From positions 1-24,994 of the forward strand of contig CAZBVD010000003.1 in the NCBI GenBank assembly GCA_964495235.1: a stretch of 24,994 nucleotides of DNA, read 5' to 3'. Of the stretch, positions 1-9,474 are shown piece by piece. The translations under genes and the position numbers were made by a program. A model generated the notes under the pieces. It saw only the letters and a list, made by a program, of their open reading frames with translations, had not been told where the DNA came from and did no database searches. Source of the DNA: an uncultured Dysgonomonadaceae bacterium. GTDB taxonomy: Bacteria > Bacteroidota > Bacteroidia > Bacteroidales > Dysgonomonadaceae. The first letter of the stretch is position 1; every line of letters starts with the position of its first letter.

Positions 1-5
1 AACAA

Positions 6-1865
6 GTGGCTAGCTTGTGGCGACATGAAGATGGTTCAGCCAAAGAATACGAAGCATTTTGTATAGAGAATTTTGTTGCAGATAAGGAGTTGCTATCTCA
101 GCTTTTTAATAAGTTGGAACACAACTTTGAACTCTTCAATGGCTATTTTCATAGAATAAACCTAAAGTTGAAAGAACCCTTGCACTTAGATGGTCCTGCC
201 ATTCAGCCCATTGATATGATGTTTGGTGGATACGATGTGTCGGCTCACTTAAACGATGATATGTATAGCTCTAAAATTGCTTTCATAACTGCTCTCAATT
301 TCCCATTCTACTCATTGGAAGAGAAAACAGAGTTTGGTAAAGATTGGACCAGACAAGAGTGGGCATTTGCTAGAATGGGCGACAGGTTTATATCGCGTGT
401 TCCTGCTGCATTGCAACAACATATTTCGCGCACTCTTACCAATGCAGATACCTATATATCAGACTATAATATATATATGGGGCAATTGTTGAACAAAGAA
501 GGCAAAAAACTATTCCCCCAAGATATGAAATTGATTACTCACTGGGGACTGCGCGACGAGTTGAAATCTAACTACGCTGACACTGAAAATGGTTTAGAGA
601 AACAACGCATGGTGTATAAAGTAATGAAGCGTATTGTAGATCAAACTATTCCGCAAGAGGTAATAAACAAGGGAGCATATGAGTGGGATTTAGAAAGCAA
701 TAAAATATATGCTGATGGTAAAGAGGTTGCTTCTACACCTGAGTTTGATAAGCGATATGATGTGTTGCTCACAAACTATCACGCCATGAGACAGCTCGAC
801 CCTTATTCAACTCACTACCCCACACAGCTATCGCGCGCTTTTGATGCAAGAATGGAGGTTCCGCAGAAAGATGTTGAGAAACTGTTTACAGACTTGGTTT
901 CATCGCCTATGGTAAAAGAGGTAGCGGCATTTATCGAAGCAAGATTGGGCCGTCCGTTAGAACCTTTTGATATTTGGTACAATGGTTTTAAATCGCGCGG
1001 TGGGGTTTCAGAAGATAAACTAACAGCCCTTACATCAAAGAAATATCCCAATCCGGCAGCATTAGAAGCCGATTTGCCTCGCATATTACAAGATTTGGGT
1101 TGGACACAAGAGAAGGCTGCAGAGATATCCTCACTTATTACAGTAGATGCATCGCGCGGTGCAGGACATGCTTGGGGAGCAGGTATGCGCAACGATGTTG
1201 CTCATCTGCGAACACGCATTGGCGAAGATGGAATGGATTATAAGGGATACAATATTGCAGTGCATGAGCTTGGACATAATGTTGAGCAAACCATTACACT
1301 CAATGATATTGACTACTATATGCTAAGCGGTGTGCCCAACACATCGTTTACTGAAGCAATTGCGTTTTTGTTCCAAAAACGAGACATGGAGCTATTGGGT
1401 TTGCAAGAGACTAATCCACACGATGATTATTATTTGGCATTGGATAATTTCTGGTCAAGTTACGAGATAATGGGTGTGTCACTTGTTGATATTCAAGTGT
1501 GGGAGTGGATGTATGCAAATCCCGACGCTACACCCGTGCAATTGAAAGAAGCAGTTATGAACATCGCCAAAGATGTTTGGAACAAGTATTATGCCGATAT
1601 ATTGGGAGGAAAAGACGAAACTCTATTGGGTATCTACTCTCACATGATAGACAATCCGCTTTACCTGCCCAACTATCCAATGGGTCATCTTATAGATTTT
1701 CAGATAGAGCAACAAGTAAGTGGCAAAAGCATGGCCAACGAGGTTGAGCGAATGCTCACACAAGGTAGTATCATTCCACAACAGTGGATGAAGGGTGCTG
1801 TGGGGCAAGAGATTTCTATAGACCCATTATTAAAAGCTACTAAAAGTGCGTTGGAAGCTTTATAA
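6..1865 (+). CDS. Zinc metallopeptidase-like protein (gluzincin; M3/M2/M32-like), 5'-truncated by window edge
   Basis: 619-aa ORF whose frame is open to the window start. HExxH motif AVHELGHNVEQ, a downstream third-ligand-like Glu in NTSFTEAIAF, and a later YLPNYPMG segment like the gluzincin Tyr motif. Exact family not recognised. Confidence 0.65.
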   Translation: MASLWRHEDGSAKEYEAFCIENFVADKELLSQLFNKLEHNFELFNGYFHRINLKLKEPLHLDGPAIQPIDMMFGGYDVSAHLNDDMYSSKIAFITALNFPFYSLEEKTEFGKDWTRQEWAFARMGDRFISRVPAALQQHISRTLTNADTYISDYNIYMGQLLNKEGKKLFPQDMKLITHWGLRDELKSNYADTENGLEKQRMVYKVMKRIVDQTIPQEVINKGAYEWDLESNKIYADGKEVASTPEFDKRYDVLLTNYHAMRQLDPYSTHYPTQLSRAFDARMEVPQKDVEKLFTDLVSSPMVKEVAAFIEARLGRPLEPFDIWYNGFKSRGGVSEDKLTALTSKKYPNPAALEADLPRILQDLGWTQEKAAEISSLITVDASRGAGHAWGAGMRNDVAHLRTRIGEDGMDYKGYNIAVHELGHNVEQTITLNDIDYYMLSGVPNTSFTEAIAFLFQKRDMELLGLQETNPHDDYYLALDNFWSSYEIMGVSLVDIQVWEWMYANPDATPVQLKEAVMNIAKDVWNKYYADILGGKDETLLGIYSHMIDNPLYLPNYPMGHLIDFQIEQQVSGKSMANEVERMLTQGSIIPQQWMKGAVGQEISIDPLLKATKSALEAL

Positions 1866-1904
1866 TAAACTGCCTTTCTGCTTTTAAATTTTCATAAACA
1901 TGAA

Positions 1905-1949
1905 GTGTGTTGTTAGAGTGTGTGTTATCTCTAGCAATACACTTTTTTT
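1905..1949 (+). terminator. Rho-independent terminator
   Basis: gtgtgttgttagag (1905-1918) pairs with ctctagcaatacac (1929-1942): 14-bp stem with 2 G-U pairs, followed by T7, 40 nt after the peptidase stop. Confidence 0.8.
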
Positions 1950-2155
1950 ATGAGATAAATGTTGAATCTACTGCGAGGGATTGAAGAAAGATTATATAAA
2001 AGTCAAATCTACTGCAAAGGATTTAGAGAAGATGAGATGAAAGTCGAATCCAACCCTGAAGGATTGGGTAAATATGAGATTAAAGTCGAATCCACCTCGA
2101 AGGATTCAAAAAAGATGAGATTAAAGTTAAATACAACGTAATGAATTTGAAAAAT
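1950..2155. repeat. Degenerate tandem array of five 41-42-bp units, most with an internal aatc...gatt hairpin
   Basis: Units start at 1950, 1991, 2032, 2074 and 2115 (consensus ~ATGAGATTAAAGTCGAATCYACNNCGAAGGATTNAANAAAG). A partial sixth unit (atgacatt) starts at 2156. Confidence 0.8.
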
Positions 2156-2176
2156 ATGACATTCGTGTTTAAAAAA

Positions 2177-2439
2177 CCTCCGAAAGCATGAGTCTTTTTT
2201 ATTTAAACTCTCGGAGCCTTTTTGCCTGTAATTTGTTTTTTAGACTGTTTCATAAAAGAGAGTATCGTGGTATATAGATCCTGTCGAAATACAGTATCTG
2301 TCGTTTTCTTCTAAAAACTATCCATTCTTTTAGCTTCTCAACAGCATTAAACTCTTGTTTTAATTGACAGATAAAGTATAAATTAGTATTTTTGTTAATC
2401 AGATATAAAATTTAAACAACATTTGTTTGAATTGTTTGT
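2177..2439 (+). repeat. 263-bp direct repeat, copy 1 (left border of SusCD island)
   Basis: Ungapped alignment with 12767-13029 gives 15 mismatches (248/263, ~94%), counted by hand. Confidence 0.97.
2364..2394 (+). promoter_or_regulatory. Bacteroidetes housekeeping promoter (-33 TTG / -7 TAnnTTTG) inside repeat copy 1
   Basis: TTG 2364-2366, 20-nt spacer, TATTTTTG 2387-2394. Matches the established Bacteroidetes consensus. Confidence 0.55.
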
Positions 2440-2497
2440 TTAGAAAATAGCATGGTAATGCTATGGGATTTTTTAACGTACGATGCGTTATATATAA

Positions 2498-2505
2498 TAT
2501 ATTTG
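2498..2505 (+). promoter_or_regulatory. Second possible -7 element upstream of the ECF sigma gene
   Basis: TATATTTG about 70 nt upstream of the ATG. No clear -33 element. Confidence 0.3.
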
Positions 2506-2574
2506 TGGATAAAGAAACTTCGCTAAATTACGTGTGATTGCAAAAAAAACACCACATAATTTGAAAAGAACTAT

Positions 2575-3156
2575 ATGACTCTTTTGTCAACAGAAATAAT
2601 CAAACTCTTAAATAATAAAGATGAGTCATCATTCGAAGTGATGTTTCATCTTTATTATCCCCGTTTGGTCTATTTTGCAAAAGAATATGTCTCCTACGAA
2701 GATGCAAGAGAAATAGTACAAGATGCTTTTGTTACATTCCTAGAGAAAAACCCAACTTTTTCTAACGATTTTCAAATAAGGAGTTATTTATATACTCTTG
2801 TTAAAAACAACTGTTTGATTCATCTTAGACATCAGAAGGTTAAAAACAACTTCATAAATAAAACAAATGAAGATCATGTTCAAAATCAAGTATATCAATT
2901 AGCATTAGAACAATTAGACACCTCTGAATTTACTTTTAAAGAGATAGAGCATATTATAAAAGATACAATTGAATCACTTCCTCCACGCTGTCGTGAAATT
3001 TTCATCTTGAGTCGTATAAATAATAAGAAAAACAGGGAAATAGCTGACGATTTAAATATATCTATAAAAGCAGTTGAAGCACAGATAACGAATGCCCTCA
3101 AAATATTTCGTGTTGCTTTAAAAGATTTTTTGCCTTTTATCATCTTCATTTTTTAA
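2575..3156 (+). CDS. ECF-type RNA polymerase sigma-70 factor (Bacteroidetes expansion family)
   Basis: Region 2 LYYPRLVYFAKEYV...AREIVQDAF and region 4 LPPRCREIFILSRINNKKNREIADDLNISIKAVEAQITNALK. Followed by a fecR-like gene. Confidence 0.95.
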   Translation: MTLLSTEIIKLLNNKDESSFEVMFHLYYPRLVYFAKEYVSYEDAREIVQDAFVTFLEKNPTFSNDFQIRSYLYTLVKNNCLIHLRHQKVKNNFINKTNEDHVQNQVYQLALEQLDTSEFTFKEIEHIIKDTIESLPPRCREIFILSRINNKKNREIADDLNISIKAVEAQITNALKIFRVALKDFLPFIIFIF

Positions 3157-3313
3157 CTAGTATTTAATGCCGATATAATTGATCTATAAATCATTAGAGT
3201 TTAAATATAGGTGCTAATAAACTCAGGTGTATTATTTCGCAAAGAGTTAAAAAAAGATTTCCACATAGGGTTTTTTGTTTCATAAGCATTATATGTTATA
3301 TAAGTTAAACCGC

Positions 3314-4306
3314 ATGAAGATCCAGGATATAATAAATAAAGTAATTTCTAATAAAGATTTAAAGGATTCTCCATCATTGATGTTTTGGATTCAAAAATCT
3401 CACGAAAATAGGAATGAATATATAGCTTATAAAAACATTAAAGCATTACTTCAAAGTGGTGCTGAGATGCCAGATAGGGTTATTAAGAAAGATCTAGAAA
3501 CAGTATATAAAACTAACGGTAAGTTTAAAAGTAGCATTTCAAGAAATATATTTTTAAAATATGCTGCTATTTTAGCTTTAATTATAATTGGAGGATACAC
3601 CTATTACTTAACTTCTGTTGATTTTGATCCACAAATTTCCATGAATAAGATTTCAGTATCTGAAGGCAATCGTAGCACAATCACACTACCAGATGGAAGC
3701 GAGATAATTTTAATAAATGGTTCAAAAATTATTTATCCTTCTCAATTTATTAATGGAACACGAGAAGTTTTTTTAGAAGGAGAGGCTTTCTTATCTGTGA
3801 CACCCAATAAAAATAAACCTTTTAAAGTGCATTTAGGCGATCATCAAATAGAAGTCATAGGAACCGAATTCTTAGTTACGGCTTATCCTCAAGATGATTT
3901 AGTGATACTGGATTTAATTTCGGGTGAAATAAATTTGAATGTTTCTAAATCGAATGATAATACAAATTACGATTCTTATACTTTAAAGCCAATGGAGAGT
4001 TTTATTCTTAATAAAACGGATAGGTCGGTTAAAAAATTAAAAGTTGAAAATAATCTTCATAAGTTTTGGACAGAAGGCGCATATTCTTTTAAAAAAGAAT
4101 CATTCGCTAGTCTTGCTAATGATTTAGAAAGAATATATCACATCTCAATCAAATTTGAAGACGAAGCATTGAAACATTGTGAGTTTACTGGAGCAATCTA
4201 TTCATATTCCACAATAAAGACAACTCTTGAAACGTTTAAAAAAGCATCAGGTGTACCATTTGATTATAAGATAGATAATAACATAGTTTATATAAAAGGC
4301 TTATGA
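3314..4306 (+). CDS. FecR-family anti-sigma factor / transmembrane sensor
   Basis: One TM helix (KYAAILALIIIGGYTY), FecR motif TITLPDGSEIILINGSKIIYP...REVFLEGEAF, and a C-terminal F..ESFASLANDLERIY domain. ATG 3314 preferred over the ORF-track TTG at 3275. Confidence 0.92.
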   Translation: MKIQDIINKVISNKDLKDSPSLMFWIQKSHENRNEYIAYKNIKALLQSGAEMPDRVIKKDLETVYKTNGKFKSSISRNIFLKYAAILALIIIGGYTYYLTSVDFDPQISMNKISVSEGNRSTITLPDGSEIILINGSKIIYPSQFINGTREVFLEGEAFLSVTPNKNKPFKVHLGDHQIEVIGTEFLVTAYPQDDLVILDLISGEINLNVSKSNDNTNYDSYTLKPMESFILNKTDRSVKKLKVENNLHKFWTEGAYSFKKESFASLANDLERIYHISIKFEDEALKHCEFTGAIYSYSTIKTTLETFKKASGVPFDYKIDNNIVYIKGL

Positions 4307-4447
4307 TGAAACATCACCTTGAGGTATATTAATTTTACTATTAAACAGTAGTTCTATAAAAAATATTATTAAAAGAGATTTATTAAATATCAACATATCG
4401 ATCAAAAACAAACTCAATATTTTTTAAACAATTTAGAATAGAATAAT

Positions 4448-7400
4448 ATGAAAAAAAACAGATGTTTTAGTACTAGTCCTGTCAGGTATAAATTCATTCG
4501 AAATTTATTGCTATTTTGTTTTCTTACAACGTTTTCAATCACACAGCTTTATGCTAAAGATTATGCGCAATCAAAGAAAATATCCATAAATGTTAATGAC
4601 GCTACTTTTGCTAGTATATTTAAAGAAATAGAAGAAAAATCGGAGTTTTATTTTTTTTATGATGATAATGAAATAGATGTATCACGCAAAGTTTCACTTT
4701 CCATTAATAAATCAGATATTCATGAGATACTGAATATACTGTTTGATGGTTCTGAAATAAAATATGAAACAGAAGATCGTTCTATTATATTGAGTAAACA
4801 AAAGATTGAGCGTGAAACTGAACTTAATACACAACAGGAACAAAAAAATATTTCGGGTATAGTTAAAGACCAACAAGGAGTTCCGCTAATAGGAGTAAAT
4901 GTGTTAATAAAGAACTCCAAAAAGGGTACTGTTACAAACTTAGAAGGAGAATTTGAAATCATTGCTAATGATGATGATGTTATTATATTTAGTTATGTTG
5001 GTTTTCAAACTAAAGAAATTCAGATCAAGGAAAGCCTTGGAATAAATAATAAAATAAATGTAACCCTTGAAGAAGCTGTTGATGCTTTACAAGATTTAAT
5101 TGTTACTGGTTATAATACTGTTATTGAGAAAAAGGTAACTGGCTCTGTGTCAAAATTGGAAACTGAAAATCTACCATCTATTGAAACTAAAATAGATGAT
5201 ATGTTACAAGGACTAATTCCAGGATTAGCTGTAATTAATACTTCTGGAGAGGTTGGATCAGTTCCTGTTGTTAAAATACGCGGTACGCCTACTTTAACGG
5301 GAAATAGTTCTCCTTTATGGGTGGTTGATGGAGTTGTGCTCGAGGACCCTGTTCCTTTAACTCCCACTGAATTAAACTCTCCGGATATTGTGAATAGGAT
5401 TGGGAATGCGCTTTCAGGAATTAATCCTCAAGATATTAAAACCATTACAGTGTTAAAAGATGCTTCTGCTACTGCTATATATGGAGTAAGGGCAGCAGGA
5501 GGCGTTATAGTTTTGACTACAAAAAGAGGAGTTAAAGGAGCTCCAGTAGTAAACTTAAGTCTTTCAACTACGCTTGCCTTAAGACCCACTTATGATGATT
5601 TTAATTTGATGAATTCAAAGGAAAGAATTGATATAGAAAAATTCTACTTTGAATCTGGCCTGCAATATTATAATGCTGATGCCAATATCAATTCTGTTGG
5701 CCTTGCAGGAGCTTACGCTAGATACAAAAGCAGAGAATTAGAGACTTGGGATGAGTTTCAAGAAGAAGTAAGAAAAGCTCAAGTTTATAATACAGATTGG
5801 TTTGATGTATTATATAGGGATGCGTTAGGATTAAATTCAAATTTCAATATTTCTGGTGGAAGCGAAAAAGTTAATTATTATGCTTCTTTGAATATGCTAA
5901 GCCAAGAAGGAAGTGATAAGTTAACGAGCAATAGAAGATACAACGGCTCAATAAAGCTTAACACGCAACTGACAGACAACTTTAATTTGGAATTCTACCT
6001 TAGCTTATATGCTACAAAAAGAAGTTCATATCCCCTTAGTTTGGTTCCTTCAGGAATTTCAAATTTTACGCGACAAACACCAACACCTTTTGATTATGCT
6101 TTAAATACAAGTAGAACATTTCCTCTGAAAAATTCAGACGGCAGTTATTACATGTATAGAGGTCATAATGATTTTTACCTCTTTAACATAATGCATGAGT
6201 ATGATAATTCTAACCAAACAGCCAAAACTAACGGCACAACTGCTAGAATATCACTTGATTATGATATTATGGACAACTTTCGAGCATTCGGTGTGCTCAA
6301 TTACACCTCTTCTAACCAACTTGATGAGACTTATTACAAAGAAAATACAAATCAAGTAGCTGGTATTAGACGATCTAATTTTGGTGAACCAGCTCCTGCT
6401 GATAGTAATTTACCTAAAGGTGGGGTCATCTTTTCGAACTCAAATATGCAGGAATATTATATGGGTAGAATTGCCTTAGAGTACGAACCTTTTTCAACCA
6501 ACTTTCATGAATTTAAAGTTTATACAGGGGGTGAATATAGGGTTAATAAATACAGAGGTGACAATGTTATCGGTTGGGGTTATTTGCATGACAGGGGTAA
6601 AGTTATCTCTACCGATGAGAATATAGGTGAAGAACTAGCTGGAGCACCCTATTTAAAAATACGAGACTTTTCTACTAAGTCTGCATCCTATTTTGGCGTA
6701 GCAACTTACTCTATTTTAGGTAGATATATTTTGAATTTTAACGTGCGCTATGATGGATCCAACCTTTTTGGTTCTAATCCAAAATATAGATGGGAACCCG
6801 CTAGATCTATTTCAGGAAGATGGAATATTATGGAAGAAGAATTTATGAAGAATTCACCATTTAATAATTTAGCCTTGCGTGGTTCGTATGGGTTACAGGG
6901 AACTACTAATACCCAAAGCACTCCACAGATTGTTGCTTCTTTTTTAAATCCTGCCCATTGGTCAAAATTGAATTTATTAGGAATTTCTTCACCTTCTAAT
7001 CCAAACTTAAGATGGGAAAAAACATACAATACAAATATAGGAGTAGATTTTGCGATTTTCAATGCAAGAATATTAGGAGCAGTGGATCTATACAACAGAA
7101 AAAGTAAAGATCTAATAACCAATACTCGAATATCAGAAGTTAATGGGTTTTCTACTTTACCTATTAATTTTGCAGATGTAAGTAATAAAGGCATTGAGTT
7201 CGGAATTACAACAAAAAACATTAGAAACCCTTCTCCTGGATTTAATTGGAGTACTACTATAAATTTTGCTTATAATAAAAATGAAGTTATAAAGGTGAAT
7301 ACAGATCCAGTAGTTTCGCGGCTACTCTCTCCTTATCCTTATAAACCAGATGCAGCAATAGTGGGAAAACCCTTAAATTCTTTATATTCAGTAAATTTTG

Positions 7401-8008
7401 ATTATTTAGACGATGAAGGAGTTGCGCATTTTAAATTGGCCAATGGTGAAACAACAGTGGCCAAAAGAGATTTGCAATTTAATTTTGAGGATTTAGTATA
7501 TAATGGACCTCTAGAAGCACCCTATCAGGGTGGAGTTTCTAATTTATTCGAGTTGGGAAACTTTAAGCTCTCTTCTTTATTTACTTATGGATTCGGAAAT
7601 TATTTCCGGAAAGAGGAAATACTAGAGTCTTGGATGTATTCTCCAGATCAAAATTTAAATAAAGAGCTAGTGAATGCATGGCGTGAGCCAGGGGATGAGA
7701 GTTTTACAAATATTCCTCATATTGTTAATGAAACGGGAGCTAGAAATCATAAATACTATTGGAATAAAAGTGATATTCGTGTTATTAAAGGAGACTATTT
7801 GAGATTAAGTAATGTGACCTTGCAGTATTATCTACCTGAAAGTTTATTAAAATCATTAAAGCTATCAAAAGCCTTTGTACAGATTGAAGGCAATAATTTA
7901 TGGCTTCTTGCAGATAATGCATTGGATGGATATGATCCCGAAACTTTTCCTTATAAATCATTACCAATACCTAAATCTTATCTTTTTAGCATAAATCTTA
8001 CCTTTTAA
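4448..8008 (+). CDS. SusC/RagA-family TonB-dependent outer-membrane transporter with N-terminal STN signalling domain
   Basis: STN-like N-terminus (ATFASIFKEIEEKSEFYFFYD), carboxypeptidase-regulatory-like domain (GVPLIGVNVLIK), plug SPLWVVDGV and INPQDIKTITVLKDASATAIYGVRAAGGVIVLTTKRG, NPNLRWEKT, C-terminal aromatic (INLTF). Confidence 0.97.
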   Translation: MKKNRCFSTSPVRYKFIRNLLLFCFLTTFSITQLYAKDYAQSKKISINVNDATFASIFKEIEEKSEFYFFYDDNEIDVSRKVSLSINKSDIHEILNILFDGSEIKYETEDRSIILSKQKIERETELNTQQEQKNISGIVKDQQGVPLIGVNVLIKNSKKGTVTNLEGEFEIIANDDDVIIFSYVGFQTKEIQIKESLGINNKINVTLEEAVDALQDLIVTGYNTVIEKKVTGSVSKLETENLPSIETKIDDMLQGLIPGLAVINTSGEVGSVPVVKIRGTPTLTGNSSPLWVVDGVVLEDPVPLTPTELNSPDIVNRIGNALSGINPQDIKTITVLKDASATAIYGVRAAGGVIVLTTKRGVKGAPVVNLSLSTTLALRPTYDDFNLMNSKERIDIEKFYFESGLQYYNADANINSVGLAGAYARYKSRELETWDEFQEEVRKAQVYNTDWFDVLYRDALGLNSNFNISGGSEKVNYYASLNMLSQEGSDKLTSNRRYNGSIKLNTQLTDNFNLEFYLSLYATKRSSYPLSLVPSGISNFTRQTPTPFDYALNTSRTFPLKNSDGSYYMYRGHNDFYLFNIMHEYDNSNQTAKTNGTTARISLDYDIMDNFRAFGVLNYTSSNQLDETYYKENTNQVAGIRRSNFGEPAPADSNLPKGGVIFSNSNMQEYYMGRIALEYEPFSTNFHEFKVYTGGEYRVNKYRGDNVIGWGYLHDRGKVISTDENIGEELAGAPYLKIRDFSTKSASYFGVATYSILGRYILNFNVRYDGSNLFGSNPKYRWEPARSISGRWNIMEEEFMKNSPFNNLALRGSYGLQGTTNTQSTPQIVASFLNPAHWSKLNLLGISSPSNPNLRWEKTYNTNIGVDFAIFNARILGAVDLYNRKSKDLITNTRISEVNGFSTLPINFADVSNKGIEFGITTKNIRNPSPGFNWSTTINFAYNKNEVIKVNTDPVVSRLLSPYPYKPDAAIVGKPLNSLYSVNFDYLDDEGVAHFKLANGETTVAKRDLQFNFEDLVYNGPLEAPYQGGVSNLFELGNFKLSSLFTYGFGNYFRKEEILESWMYSPDQNLNKELVNAWREPGDESFTNIPHIVNETGARNHKYYWNKSDIRVIKGDYLRLSNVTLQYYLPESLLKSLKLSKAFVQIEGNNLWLLADNALDGYDPETFPYKSLPIPKSYLFSINLTF

Positions 8009-8019
8009 AAAAAATAGAA

Positions 8020-9462
8020 ATGGAAAAAATAATAAAAATAATTTTGTCTTCTCTTCTTGTTGTTATTTGTTTTTCATGTAACGATTTACTTGAAGAGGAA
8101 CCACAGAATAAGCTAAAACCGGAAACTGCAACAGACTACGATGAACTTCTAAATTATGGATATCCTACTACTAGAGATTATGGCACTGTAGTTCCTCTCG
8201 ATTATTATGTTGAAATGATGACCGATGATCAAGATATAAGGTATTTTAATCAAGTTAGTAATGAGTATCCTATACACCCCTTTTCTTTTGAATCAACACA
8301 TGAGCATTCCTCAATGATGGGAGGGTATGATATGGCTTGGAAAAATTTTTATCAAGCAATCTTCTATGCTAATGTTGTCATTGAAGACATAGACAAGGCA
8401 CAAGGGAGCGAGAGCTTTAAAAAATATATAAAGGGAGAAGCTATGGCTCTAAGAGCTTTCTCTTACTTTAAACTGATTAATTTATATGCTATGCCATATG
8501 ATGAAGATTCAGCTGATTCAGACTTAGGAGTACCACTAAAGTTGAGTAGTACTGTTCAGTCAGAATCTTATAAACGTAATAGCGTTAAAGAAATATATGA
8601 GCAAATAGATAAAGATTTGAAAGAGGGTATTAGCTTGATGGAGGGTAATAATCAAAATGTAGAGTCTAAATTTAAATTAAAACCTATTTCTGCTAATTTG
8701 CTTGCTTCAAGAGTAGCATTATATAAAAAGAATTACGAAGAATGCATTACATATGCTTCGAAGGTAATTGACGTTAACTCTCAAGTTTTTGATCTTTCAC
8801 ATAATTCAATAGAATTTGCTCAAACCAGATGGGGGTATGGTCAAGGTGTTCATTACTTTGGAATCAATAATGAAAATGTGCTTTTCTTATATGGATCTAA
8901 TGAATATTATACATACTCTTTCTTGCCTGGAGCATTGGCATTGTCAGACGACATTATAAATACGTTTGAAGAAGGTGATTTACGTTTTTATTATTTTTCT
9001 TATGTGAAAGGAGCCTTGGGAAGAGCATATTTTAAATTCAGGCCTTTTCCAAATCGTCCAGGTGAACCTGTTCGTGGATTTCGTGTAGAAGAAGCTTATC
9101 TTAATCGCGCAGAAGCATATGCTCAATTAGGAATGCTAGATAAAGCTATTGCAGATATTAATACTTTAAGGAGTTTCAAGTTCTCTTCTACCTTTAGTGA
9201 GGATGAGAAATATTATGAATATAGCACCTCCAAATTTCCCACAAAAAATGATTTAATAAAGGGAGTAAGAGAAGAAAGAAGAAGGGAACTATTCGGAGAA
9301 TTTCACAGATGGTATGATTTAAGACGTTATGGAATGCCCGAAATCGTACATCAATACAATAATGAAACTTATGTTTTGCATGAAGGTGATCCCCGATATG
9401 TTCTCCAAATTCCTCAAGTAGAGCTAGATTTTAATCCAAGTATGCAGAAAAACCCACGCTAA
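8020..9462 (+). CDS. SusD/RagB-family surface lipoprotein
   Basis: Lipobox (ICFSC), ANVVIE, GEAMALRAFSYFKLINLY, EEAYLNRAEA, VREERRRELFGEFHRWYDLRRY. Directly follows susC. Confidence 0.95.
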   Translation: MEKIIKIILSSLLVVICFSCNDLLEEEPQNKLKPETATDYDELLNYGYPTTRDYGTVVPLDYYVEMMTDDQDIRYFNQVSNEYPIHPFSFESTHEHSSMMGGYDMAWKNFYQAIFYANVVIEDIDKAQGSESFKKYIKGEAMALRAFSYFKLINLYAMPYDEDSADSDLGVPLKLSSTVQSESYKRNSVKEIYEQIDKDLKEGISLMEGNNQNVESKFKLKPISANLLASRVALYKKNYEECITYASKVIDVNSQVFDLSHNSIEFAQTRWGYGQGVHYFGINNENVLFLYGSNEYYTYSFLPGALALSDDIINTFEEGDLRFYYFSYVKGALGRAYFKFRPFPNRPGEPVRGFRVEEAYLNRAEAYAQLGMLDKAIADINTLRSFKFSSTFSEDEKYYEYSTSKFPTKNDLIKGVREERRRELFGEFHRWYDLRRYGMPEIVHQYNNETYVLHEGDPRYVLQIPQVELDFNPSMQKNPR

Positions 9463-9474
9463 GCAAATAACAAT

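Noticed and set aside
1950-2155. CRISPR or protein-coding (ORF 1959-2141) interpretation of the 41-bp array
   Set aside because: Whole units are similar with no repeat/spacer partition. The 41-bp period is not a multiple of 3 and the ORF has no recognisable product.
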